A stretch of DNA of 64,000 nt from Callorhinchus milii (lineage: Eukaryota), in NCBI RefSeq assembly GCF_018977255.1, contig NW_024704743.1:98520001-98584000 (forward strand), in the 5' to 3' direction. Each line of letters starts with the position of its first letter. Positions within the stretch are counted from its first letter, which is position 1. Made by a program: the position numbers and the translations under genes. Of the stretch, positions 12,622-24,795 are shown piece after piece. The notes under the pieces are model-generated. The model did no database searches. It saw nothing but the letters and a program-made list of their open reading frames with translations, and had not been told where the DNA came from.

Positions 12622-14482
12622 TTCAAAATTGCCATGAAATGATTAATAAAAGAAAGATAAAGAAAGGCCCTACATTTTTATATTGTCTTCTCATGTCAAA
12701 AAGTCTTAAAAGCACTTCACAAGCAATTGTTTTGAAGTGACATGAAAAACAGCAATTTGAAATGAAAAACAGCAATTTGCGCCAGCAAGAACCTACAAAG
12801 TTATTGGGTAATTGACCAATTAATCTGAACAATTGTTGGTCAGCACCCTGAAATTTCCCATTTCCAATTGTTCATAAACATCACTTGAACAGGCAGACTT
12901 GGAACCTTATTGTAACATCTAGGAATGCATATTACCTGCACGACCTCGACTGGGTTATTATAATCCTATAATAATAATCCTTGCATTTACTATAGCGCCT
13001 TATCATGTCTTTGATACATCTCAAAGCGGTTCACAGGATATACTGTAAAGTGAATTGACTGTATATTTTGTGGGTGAAATGCGGCAGCCAATTGCGCACA
13101 GCGTCCCACTGCATTGTCAAAGGTGCTGGTCTTCAGATGAGATGTTAAGCCGAGGGCCCTCTGCCTGTTCAGGTGGATGTTAAAGATACCAATGCAATGC
13201 TCCAAAACAGAAGGGAACTTCTCCCAGTGTTCTGACCAACAATCCCCCAACATCGGGGGTCGAGTATTCAGCCTATCTGCCCCTCGATAGTTCCAGATGC
13301 CACATGCCAGAGTCCCTCCAACTTGCCTTTTCCTGCACCTCTTTCAAGGTCCATCTCAAGAACTTGCTCTTTCACAGTGCCTTCAGTCATCTTTCCCTCC
13401 CCACCCCCTCATCCTTTTGATTAATTTTAATTATTAATCAAAAGGATGATGGGGGATGAAGGGAAAGATAATTTTAACTGGCTGCCATGTTTCACCCACA
13501 AAATATACAGTCACTTCACTTTATAGTATATTCTGTGAAGTGCTTTGAGACGTCTTGAAGACGTGATAAGGCGCTATATCAAATGCAACGAATATTATTA
13601 TCCTCACCCCCAGCATGGGTGCCAGGCCGCGACTGTCCATGACTTCTGATGTCCTCTCAAAGTGATAGTCGCTACATAAATGTAAATTTGTATTCTAATT
13701 ATTATTATTAAAATTCTGAAACAAAGATAAGCTTTAAGAAAGTAATAGACATTTACTTCAAAGGTCTTCATATTACACAACAATATGAACAATACATGGA
13801 TACAAATCCATATTAATAATGAAACAGTTTTTTTCTTTTGATGTGACATATCAATTTGTTTTTCAAGCTTAATTATTCAGATGGAGTATCCAGGTAGCAA
13901 GAGAGGATAATTTTCAGAATGATTTCCGAACATAAAAGCACTGAAGCTCTACCATTTAGCAAATTATATAAATGGAAAACAAGCTGAGTTTCCTATTAAA
14001 ATGGCACTGTTCACTGAAGAATGAATAACATTTTAACTTGCTCAAATCAAGACTTAGATATTAATCCCAAAAATTAAAGCCAAAAATGTGCAAGCAAGAT
14101 GAAGTGAAAATAATTAGACCTGATACATACAGATAGTCACTGGAGAAAATTATTCCTTGGGAATAATATTTCAATAGTACTGTGTGGGAATCAACTAGAA
14201 AAAATATTCTTAGTCATTTCTTCAGACTACATGCATTTAATATTCCAGCACAGTGTAGGTGAAGTGCTACAACATGAACTTTGAATATGTGACAGAATCA
14301 CTGGGCATCAGGTCCCAGTAATTTATAATTGTGTTCTACACTGAGAGAAGTGTTGTGATTCAATAGGTGAGATTCACAACAGGATTTGTAATGAAATCCA
14401 CAGATTAGAATGAATCCACAGATACTCAGATGTGTCTCAAGCAGCTCCCTTCCTCTCATGTCCGATTTCTGTGAAGCCAAAT

Positions 14483-14680
14483 TGATAGTTCATAAACTCG
14501 TGGGATTGTGGAATTCATTTCCTCAGAGGACTGTTAATGCAGAGTTGATAAGAATGTTTAAAAAAGCAGATAAATACTTGGTGTGTAAGGGTACCAGAGG
14601 TAATGGAGAAAAGGCAGGCAAATGGTGAATGGAGGATCAATCTTGATGGGCTGCATGATCTACTACTGTTCCTATGTGGT
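14483..14680 (+). mobile_element. CR1 3' fragment
   Basis: VGLWNSFPQRTVNA...MFKK..DKYL..KG.RG.GEKAGKW* C-terminal motif. Confidence 0.7.
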
Positions 14681-14720
14681 GTTTTGGTTTGGGCGTTACA
14701 GTTTAATCTAAGGTGAGATA

Positions 14721-14761
14721 TAGAGAAAGAGAGAGAGAGAGAGAGAGGTGTGCGAGAGAGA
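14721..14761. repeat. (GA)n microsatellite
   Basis: Imperfect GAGA run. Confidence 0.8.
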
Positions 14762-15769
14762 ATGTGTATGTGAGCGAGGCACTCAAAAACAAAATCTAAC
14801 TTAGCTTCAACATTCCACAATCAAATAGTCTCACAGTAAAACTCACAGTCGAGGCTCACAAATGAAGAATGGTCACTTGGGCAATTACCAGAGGGAATGC
14901 CAGCATTCGTAAAACCATACTGCAGCATTACTCAGTACCTTCAGGCAGAAAGTTAAGAAAAAAACTGGCCAAAGAAAATACCTGGGAGAAGCTCCTTGGA
15001 AAATAACTAAAATCTTGCAATTATGAGCAGTGCATTGTTAAGAAGGTTTTCTGGTCAGTTGCATCAAAGAACTTTGTCACTTCATTCTGTTGGTTCCTGA
15101 ACTGGCTTGCAACATGGTTCAACAGATTTACAGCTAGTGTGATCCCAGAAGATTTTAATGCTTTATTTTCCATCATAGGAGTCAGCATTAAATTCGTTTC
15201 TGTTAGCATTATGTGTCCCTTCTCGAACACACAGTAACTAGACCCAATTCATTTTCTGATTAAGAGTTGGAATTACGCAGTTGGAAATACTTGGGAGTCT
15301 TTTCATCAATGGGAATAACCTTGTAATGAATTAGAATCTGATTAATAGATGATCATTAGATGACAAGCAGTCTTGGGAAGTTTGGCTGTACAAAAGAATA
15401 TTTTTTAAAAACATGCAATGTCCTTTCTCGATTAATATAGTACCTTCCACCATCCTTTCATAACAACACTTTACATGTATTTAGTGCCTTGCATATTGGA
15501 AGAATATCTCAAAGTGCTTTACAAAGACCGAGCAAAATAAAATGAATGATGGATGACAAAGTTGAATTCTATATGGATGCTTACCAAATGTGTAAGTGAG
15601 TATAGTAGCATGCATAATGAATCAAGTTAAAAATTATACAAGTACCAAGTGCTGTAGTTTAAAAGGGCACAGATTTTGCAGCTTTAAGGATTAATTCAAT
15701 GAAGATGTATTTTCATATTTTCATACTTTTTCATACTGGGGAAGTACTGCATTGTTGGAGCACTCATTT

Positions 15770-16180
15770 GAGTTCTGTAACGTAGTGGTTAGAGCACTAG
15801 CCTTGGAGCGAGAAGACCTGCGTTCAATTCCAGGGTAGGCCGAATCGTTGGTCAAGTTTCCCTACTCCACACATCTCTGTTTACCTAGCAGTAAGTAGGA
15901 ACCCGTTATTAGTCGATTGACCGATTGGTTTTCCGGGGATAATAATTCCTTCCAAATAGTAATAATAACTTGGTCACTCAATCCACGACTGTTTGTGGCA
16001 TACTATTGTGTGTAATTGGCTGCCACGTTTCACCTACAAAATATACAGTAAATTCACTTTACAGTATATTTTGTGAACCACTTTGAGACGTCTCGAAGAA
16101 AAGCAGATAAGTCGCTTTGGAGTTAGGGTTACAGTTAGGGATAAGGCGTTATATCAAATACAAGGATTATTATTGTTATT
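15770..16180 (+). mobile_element. tRNA-derived SINE, long form, with an insertion in the 3' stem-loop
   Basis: Head at 15770-15835; foreign sequence at about 16100-16140. Confidence 0.85.
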
Positions 16181-17854
16181 GTTAGACATTAAACCAGGAT
16201 GCAGTCTATCCATTAAGATAGATGTTAAAGTTCCCACGGTACCATTTGAAAAGAGAAGCCACCACTTCTGGTATCCTGACCTCAATCTTCCAGATAAATT
16301 GTTTACTTCATGGCCGTTGTGGATCCATGTTGTTCAAAATGGCTGTTGTGTTTTCCTACAATTATCATCACTACAATTGACTCCAATTACCAATAAGCAA
16401 TTTGAGATGTTTTAAAGTTAGAAGTTACATCAATGTAGGGATTATTATTTCAAGGATATTTCACAGTACTAAACATGTGAAGGTATGCATAAAGTTAACT
16501 CCATATTTCTCTCTTCATGTCCTGTAACCTGACAAAACATTCCTGAGTGCACACATATTACAAGAATGAAAAATGAACAGGAAAATTCTTCCAAACGCCT
16601 CATTAGTTTGGTTATCACAAACGCAAAATCTTTACATTTCACATATTAAGACTAAAATGTTTTGATTTCCTACTACATTTCCCCCATTTAAACTGATGAA
16701 TGTATAATGGAATATTCTAGCCGTCTTTGTGCATTATTGGGTTTATTTCTCCTGTGAGAAAGCCTTCATTATTCCTTCACATCTAATGCATGCATGAATT
16801 CAGAGTCCACATTAGTAAAACATTAACATAGAACAATAGAGCACAGAAGCCGGTCATTTGGGCCAACTAGTCCGAGCTTGTGTTTATATTGCACAAGCCT
16901 CCACCCCTCCTAATACCCTGTCCCGGATGCTAACTTCTGTTAACACGTTCTCTGGGCACAAACAAAGGGGTAGGGAACGAGAAAGATTGCATACTCCAAA
17001 ATAAGCAATATCATTTCTGCTTCTGTGAATTTCAGTGGTTGCAACTGCAGACTCTCGAACACAGCAAGGAGTTCCCACATGTTAGATTCCCAGCTGACTA
17101 CAAACAAAATGAGTGTTCATTTCCTCTGGTTAAAATTACAATTATAATTTGAGGCAAATGCAAAAATCATTTAGGCAAGTTCAAAACACATTTCTCACCA
17201 TTGAGTGATGAGTAATTCAAAAACATTTCCAACACAAGTTACAATTTATGTTGCATAATAATATGTATAACCAATGATTATCTCTTCCTTACCAGTAGCA
17301 ATCATAAACAACAATGAATGTGAATAATTAAGCTACATTAATCAAAAATGAGTGAAAATCTATTGAAACTTTTTATTTTCATAAAAACAATCACATATCC
17401 AAGTAAAATGTATTCCAAGTAGCAGAAAAAACAATATTTGAGGATTTTTGTTCATGACGACTATTCAATCAGGAAAAGTGTATTTGACATTAATGGCAAG
17501 CAAAGAAATTGTGCACCCACATTTGAGTTTTCTATGCATTTCAATGCATTTATCACCATTATACAAAAGTAATACTAATAGTCCAGGAACAATTAAAATA
17601 CACTGCTGGAAAAACTTTTGTGTACACACAATGCACTGAAAGATGTGGGTAACATTGAACAGAAATGGAAACCGGGCCGTGTACTAATGTTGTTTTTATA
17701 TTTCAGGCCTTGGGTGTTCCTGAATCCTAGGTGCCAGAATGAAGCTGTTTTTACATGGTGGCTGGACCTCTGGAGAGCTCTAGCGCCAAATGGTTTTCCA
17801 CATAGATATCTTGACGTGTCCACATAAATATCGCAATGATGTTGACATAGCTTA

Positions 17855-18115
17855 ATAATAATAATAATAATCCTTGCATTTGATATAGCGCTTTTCACGT
17901 CAGGAGGACGTCCCAAAGCGCTTCACAGAACACACTGTAAAGTGAATTGACTGTATATTTGTGGGCGAACGAGGCAGCCAATTGCGCACAGCAATGTCCC
18001 ACAAACAGTCCTGGATTGAAAATGACCAATTTATTATTGGTTTTGGTTTTGGAGGGATTATTATTAGGTGTGTGGAGTAAGGAAACTTGCCCAAGGTTTC
18101 GCCCTGCCTGGAATT
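17855..18115 (-). mobile_element. SINE short form, head truncated
   Basis: Matches the reverse complement of 45035-45300. Confidence 0.9.
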
Positions 18116-19242
18116 GCCCACTTTGCTTGTGGGCAAACTGCCATTAAAGGGTAAATTTTATTTTCTACTTAAGTAATGGATGTGCAGGCCAGGAGATGTG
18201 AAAACCAAGTGAATTTGTTCTCACCTTATTTCGTGATTCTGAGATTATGCTGGTGGATGCTTATGTGGAGTATAAACAGAAGCATGGACTTGTTTGGATA
18301 AATAGCCTGTTTCAGTGCTGCAGATTCTATGTCATTCTATGTGACAAAAAGAGGCTTGACTCTAAAGATAAACAAGTGGGGTAAAAGTCGGGCAAATAAA
18401 TAATACTTGCATTTGATATAGAGCTTTTTACGTCTTCTAGACGTCTCTAAGCGCTTCACAGAATATACTGTAAAGTGAATTAACTGTATATTTGTGGGCA
18501 AATATATGATCAATAACTAAACAAGTGGTTTTAATACTTTGATTTCCATCTATTTTGCCAAAGTCAATATCAATAGATCAATATATATTAACTATCAATG
18601 GATAGTTATATATTATTATCATTTATAATTCTGGAAGAAGTATTTCAACTTTCTCTTTCATGGAAAAGCAATGCTTGTCTATGACAGTGATGCACTTGAT
18701 GTTTAATACAATCAAAAAACTTTACAGTATATCCTGTAAGCACTTTGAGACTTCTTGATTATTATTTTTACTGTTAAATGTCATAAATTAAGCCTTTTTT
18801 TCATTCCATTTGATAATGCCTATAATATGCCCTCTACATAATGCAGCCAAAGGGTACAGGGTACTACAAATCCTCAATGTGGCTGTATTCCTACAGGCAT
18901 TATGTTCTCAGGTTTTGTTGCCATCAGATAATCTGCATTTGATCCTGTTTTAATCAGAACTACTGCAGTAATAATGTGCAATAACGGAGCTGGGATTAAC
19001 TACTCTTTACAGTATTTTGTTACAGAAGAATGAACTTGTCTCGAGGGGAGCTCAGGTTAACACAGCTATTAAGATTCTATTTCTTAATAGTGAATGCTAC
19101 ACAATTAAGGATTCTCAAGTGCCACTTTTTTGTAGTAATTCTCTATCCCCTCCCAAATAAACATAAGCATATAAACAAACAGAATGTTTATTTCTAAACT
19201 TCACATAACTGAATTCATCTGTTAGATTTCTCTTTGTAGAAC

Positions 19243-19388
19243 CAAAACACAAAATACTGCAGATGCTGGAAATCTGAAAACAAAAACAGAAGTCGCTGGG
19301 AACACTCAGCAGGTCAGGCAGCATCTATGGAGAAAGGAAAGTCTCACCTGACCTGCTGAATGTTCCCAGCAACTTCTGTTTTTGTTTG
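19243..19388. repeat. Palindromic element with 41-bp arms, probably from Penelope-like inverted termini
   Basis: 19278-19318 is the reverse complement of 19347-19387 with 2 mismatches; 28-nt spacer. Confidence 0.75.
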
Positions 19389-20573
19389 CTCTTTGTGGAA
19401 ATCAATTTCAACAGTACATTACAGTCTGAAAATTATGCTCCTTTTCCTATCAGGTGGGAAAATGCAGATAAACTGGTATTCAAACACGTGTACTAGGGAA
19501 ATAAAATATGACTGCTTCTCAAATCATACTATTACTACCTTTTGAAAGCAAGTTACTGTGTTACATTACCAGTACTAAGATATAATTACATTACAACTGC
19601 AGATCTAGAAATTAATTACAATTGATCCTCTTTAGTCATGCTGATCAGTGTGCTCATGTCAATTCATTCACAAAAGGCAAGGCTGCTAACTAAAATGTAA
19701 AGATAAACTACAATGAATGACATTTACTGCACAACTGAGCGCAATTCCCATAAGGATTAACAGTTTAATATTGAACCTGACCTGAGGTACTGACCTCGGT
19801 AATTCAGGCAACCTCTTGTTTTTTTTTGTCATTTTTTTTTCTCCATTTAAATGATGGTGACCAAAATAATAAATGAAGGCATCTCAACTGACCAACAGTT
19901 CAGATTGGCTGATATTCCATTATTAATTGATCAGGGATATCGAGAAGCATTTTCCTAGCTGATAAGTGGCCTATGTTAGTTAGATTGTGCGTGGTTTGTG
20001 GAGTGAACAAGCTTGATGAACCCTATGAGCTTTACTTGTACCGCATCCATTTGTGTGTACTCTCTACCAGCGAACTTGAGTTTGATCAGTGGTGGTTACT
20101 ATGTTGTACGTTGTGTTTGTTTGGATTTCTGTTGTACCAAATATTGTATTTATATACAAATATATATTTTCAAAAAAGTCAATGCCTTACATATTATATA
20201 TTAGGGCATCAGAGTATCTACAAAGTTTTATTTTGACTAGTCATTCCTGATCATATTTAGCTTTAATGTTGCCTTCAGCCACTTTAGAAAAAATCTCTAT
20301 TATCAGAAAGAGCAATAAATAAATTTGTAACTTTTATTTATGAAACAATGCTGTGCCAGCATATAATCAGTTGATCTGTAACATCCAAATATCTCTGCAT
20401 CTTGCTAACTTTCTGAATTCATTTTTTTTGGGTTAGTGGAGCATCTGGCTCAAAAGTATCTAAAACATACTGAAAGTTCCACATATCCATGCTACTTATA
20501 AATGGAAATCTCCATGAGTCTTGAATGAAATGTGCAGTCCCCGGAGGGACGGACAGTGCTTTCTAAGGGTAGT

Positions 20574-21940
20574 GACCTATCGGCAGCATTCGATACGGTC
20601 GACCACGCTATCCTACTCCACCGCTTGTCCTCCCACCTCAACCTTCAAGGCACTGTCCTTGAATGGTTTAGCTCTTACCTTTCCCACCGTCTTCACTTCG
20701 TCTCAACGAATGGCTTCTCCTCCACCCCCCGTACTGTCTCATGTGGTGTCCCTCAGGGCTCTGTCCTCGGTCCCCTCCTCTTCACCCTCTATATGCTCCC
20801 CCTCGGTGACATCATCCGCAAACATGGGGTTAACTTCCACATGTATGCGGATGACACCCAACTCTACCTTTCCTCCTCTACTCTCAACTCCACGACCACC
20901 GATGTCCTGACAGCCTGCCTGTCCGACATCGAGTCCTGGACGAGAGACAACTTTCTTCAGCTCAACGTGCGAAAAACCGAGGCCCTCCTGATTGGCTCAC
21001 GTCAGCGCCTCCGCACCTCAGGCGCTGACACCATCAGCATCCAAGGCTGCACTCTCCACCTCTCAAAGCCAGTCAGGAACCTCGGCGTTTTGTTCGACCC
21101 TGAGCTGTCCTTTCTCCCTCACATCCGCACCACAACTGGCACCGCCTTCCATCACCTCCGGAATATCGCCAGATTACGGCACTACCTCACCCCTCACGCT
21201 GCTGAAACCCTGGTTCACGCCTTTGTCACCTCAAGGCTGGACTATGGGAACTCTCTCCTCGCCGGCCTTCCCGCCACCTCCCTCCACAAGCTGCAGGTCA
21301 TTCAGAACTCTGCAGCTCGTGTACTGTCCCGCACCAGGCTTCGGGACCACATCACTCCCACCCTCGCTCGCCTCCACTGGCTCCCCATCCCCCAGAGGAT
21401 TGATTTCAAGATCCTCATCCTCACCTACAAGGCCATTCACGGCCTTGCTCCCTCCTACCTCTCCAACCTACTATCCCCCTACCTACCTGCCCGTACCCTC
21501 CGTTCCTCTGGCTCCGGTCTGCTCCACGTCCCCCGCCCCAACCGCCCTACTATCGGTGGTCGGGCCTTCAGCCTCTCAGCCCCGAGGCTCTGGAACTCCA
21601 TCCCCCAGTGCCTTCGCCTTGCTTCCTCCCTTTCCTCCTTCAAGGCCGGTCTCAAAACCTTTCTCTTTGACCGTGCCTTCAGCTCCCCTCTCGACTCTCT
21701 TCCTCCGCCTCGCTCCCTCCCTTCCCTCCCCTCACCCTGACCATTTCCCCCCTCCTCTCTCCCTCCCTTCCCTCCCCTCACCCTGACCATTTCCCCCCTC
21801 CTCGCTCCCTCCCTTCCTCCCTCACCCTGACCATTTCCCCCCAATGCTCGGGTCATGACCCAACTGTGCAGCGCCTTGGGACGTCCTCCTGACGTGAAAG
21901 GCGCTCTATAAATGGAATCTTGTTGTTGTTGTTGTTGTTG
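20574..21940 (+). mobile_element. L2-clade LINE, family A, 5'-truncated, with uninterrupted RT and C-terminal reading frame
   Basis: ORF 20532-21740 contains [21 protein letters not shown] and YADD with no stops; 3' UTR has three tandem units; (TTG)n tail. The N-terminal residues of the ORF come from flanking DNA. Confidence 0.96.
21700..21842 (+). repeat. Three tandem copies of a ~46-nt pyrimidine-rich unit in the L2 3' UTR
   Basis: CCTCCTCGCTCCCTCCCTTCCCTCCCCTCACCCTGACCATTTCCCC-like unit repeated three times. Confidence 0.9.
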
Positions 21941-22660
21941 TGAGCACCAAGGCTTGGAGACCCTGTGGGAATGTAAAAGGACTAAAACACGTAAAGTACA
22001 GAGTGTCTAGACTATGATAAGATTAGAGTTGTTTTTTAAGCAACAGTAGATAATTAGAGTAGAACCAGTGTCCTTGTACTGTCTGTAAATGTATAATCAA
22101 GCTTGTGATGACTGAATATTGCTTGTCAACAATGCAAGAATTGTTTTGACACATGAGGGGATCGCAAATAATCATGTATATAAACTAATGGGACTGCCCC
22201 ATTGGTAGAGGGAGAGTACCGACTCTTCTGAGAGACGTGCTATTGTTTGTGAGTGTTCGTTTAATCCTAGCTATAGCGACTACATCCTGGGTTCAACAAC
22301 CCCAGTATGCCTGTTGGAATAATCCTGGATTTTAACCAGCTAAAACTGCGTAGCTCGACATTGAGGACGCTGTCTAGCAAGCTTCCCGCTGTTCTTTACA
22401 GTTAAGACTAACCTATCCATTGGAGCTGTGGCTTGCTAGTGTGGGAATAATTCCTACCTCCACTAAGCTGATCAAACATTTTTCCAACAGACCTCAAGCA
22501 GCCTGACGGGTCTGATTTCTAAAATTGTAGTTCAAAATCTTCAGGAGGTTCAAAGTGTTTTTGAGGTGATTTATAAAACATGTTCAGACAATGATTTGTT
22601 CAACGTATGAAGTACATTGTATTGGAAGAAAAGCTCGACACACCCCATTCTAATGCTGAT

Positions 22661-22675
22661 TGCCACCTAGTGGTG
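22661..22675 (-). promoter_or_regulatory. Candidate CTCF site
   Basis: Minus strand CACCACTAGGTGGCA fits the CCASYAGRKGGCR core, in non-repeat DNA. Confidence 0.45.
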
Positions 22676-23224
22676 GCATGATTCCATACATGCGCATAAT
22701 TCACCATCATATGAATTTGGAAGTTTTCATATTTTAAAGGCGAATATTCATGTGTTAAAAGTAAGACACATACTTCTAATCCTTTTTTATTCTGAAAAAT
22801 TATCTTCAATCCCCAAATGCAAATGAAATTCAGACACATAGATGTAAATGAATATATAAAAGTAGGGAAGTCGTGCTGGGATGATTCTCCATTGAATGAA
22901 GCCATCAGCATAATAGCTGAACATGAGGAGTTCCTCCTTCGCTATTCAAATCATAGAGATTAGTGTTTGAGTGCAGCTAAAAATAGGATATTGTGGAAGA
23001 AAGCAGCATGCAAAGGCTGACTCTAGGCTTGAAGAACCAAAGTCAGACATGGCGTTAGATTATCCAAGATGGTAGACAAATGTTTTTCAAATTAATATTA
23101 ATCCTTGCATTTGATACTGCACTTCATCACACTCTCAAACGTGCTTAAGAAGCAAATCACTGTGTCCAACATAGAGTCAGCATGTTAATTTGCACTGCCA
23201 GTGTTCAGGAATGTGACACATTTC

Positions 23225-23825
23225 ACAACAACAAGATTACATTTGTATAGCGCCTTTCACGTCATAAGGACGTCCCAAGGCGCTGGACAGTGTACAGCAT
23301 TTCAGTCCCGAGCTGGGGTCAAGGGGGAGAAGGGAGGGGAGGTGACTGATGGCATGGTCGAAGAGGAGGGTTTTGAGGCGGAACTTGAAGGAGGCTAAGG
23401 AGGGGGCGAGGTGGAGTGATTGGGGGATGGAGTTCCAGAGGTTGGGGGCAGAGTGGCTGAAGGCTCTCCCGCCAATGGTGGGGCAGGTGGGTTGGGGGAC
23501 GTGGAGCAGGCTGGAGCCGGCTGAGTCGAGGGAGCGGGCAGGCTGGTAGGGGGGTTAGGAGGTTACAGGGGTAGGGTGGATCGAGGCCATGGAGGGCTTT
23601 GTAGGTGAGGACCAGGAACTTGAACTGGATCCTCTGAAGGATAGGGAGCCAGTGGAGTCGAGCAAGAATGGGGGAGATGCGGTCACGGAGTTTGGTGCGG
23701 GAGAGGACATGAGCTGCAGAGTTCTGGATTATCTGCAGTCTGTGGAGGGAGGAGTTGGGAAGGTCGACAAGCAGGACATTTGCATAGTCGAGCCTGGAGG
23801 TGATGAAGGCATGAATAAAAGTTCC
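23225..23825 (-). mobile_element. L2 family C 3' fragment
   Basis: [12 protein letters not shown]...LHWLP peptide and L2 tail; similar to 53712-54435. Confidence 0.9.
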
Positions 23826-24544
23826 TCCTGTTAATATCAGATTCAATGTGATGATTATCTGAATCCATTATGAAATGTTACATATTTCACCCCATTATTT
23901 CCACTGATGTTTTTCTAATCTGTTATTGAAACATATACCCCCTAGTAGATGATATTGGCGCTTCTAGTTATACTGTGGGAAAAAAATCATGAATAATCGC
24001 TCAGGCATGTGAACTGTAGAAACACGTAAAAATTGTTTTTATAAAATTAATTTCATAATTAACAATAAATCCTGCTATCTGGTCCTGCCTTTTTTTTAAA
24101 TTGTGAGTGGCAGGCTGGCGATTTGCAACAAACACAATTCTAAATACTCCTAATGTCAATAATTTAATTCAATTGTGTTCTGTGAATTTTCTGGAACTGA
24201 TGCAGCTGCAAAAAATAAATCAAAAGCTGCACAAAGCCATAGATATTCCAATATTAATTTTACCAATTAAATTCTAATAAGATTTTCCATCTAACAATTC
24301 CATACAATATTGTTTATACCTATGGAGAAATTACATTGCAAAATATCAATTTCTCTATTGCAAAAGAATGACAACTCGCTCGTGGAACTTTAAGAAATGA
24401 TATCTTTTTCAAGTTAAAGTTTTGTGTTACATTCTGTGAAGTTTGTGATTCAATATGCAGATCTGTTATACAAAGCAAAGCTTTGATCATAGATGTTAAA
24501 AACTGTACCAACTGCTATAATGCAGCATGTTATAAAGAATTACA

Positions 24545-24795
24545 TCAGCCTTTCTGCCCCCACACTCTGGAACTCCATACCACGGTCCCTTCGCCTCGCT
24601 TCCTCCCTTGCCTCTTTCAAGGCCGGTATCAAGACCCTTCTCCTCGACGGTGCCTTTAGTCTCCCTCCCTCTCTGCCTTCCCTTACCCTTACACCACCCC
24701 TCTCCCATTCTCAGGCCCTGACACCTGACTGTTCAGCGCTTTAGGACGTCCTCCCGACGTGAAAGGCGCTCTATAAATGTAATTTTGTTGTTGTT
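24545..24795 (+). mobile_element. L2 3' fragment (related to family A)
   Basis: SAPTLWNSIP...FKAGIKTLL, stem-loop, (TTG)n. Confidence 0.88.

Noticed and set aside
20532..21740. 402-aa RT ORF as a novel or domesticated gene
   Set aside because: It is a 5'-truncated young L2 nearly identical to three other copies. The start is a non-ATG codon in flanking DNA and the endonuclease is missing.
21700..21842. CRISPR-like array
   Set aside because: Tandem units without unique spacers, in a vertebrate LINE UTR.
20992..21856. Long Pro/Ser-rich and Gly/Arg-rich ORFs in other frames (also 40743-41489, 62646-63161)
   Set aside because: Shadow frames of C-rich, stop-poor L2 sequence.
24310..24345. TTTCTCCATAG|GTATAA as a recursive site near the exact middle of the 40.5 kb intron
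   Set aside because: The rebuilt donor GCG|GTATAA would be weak; position alone is insufficient.
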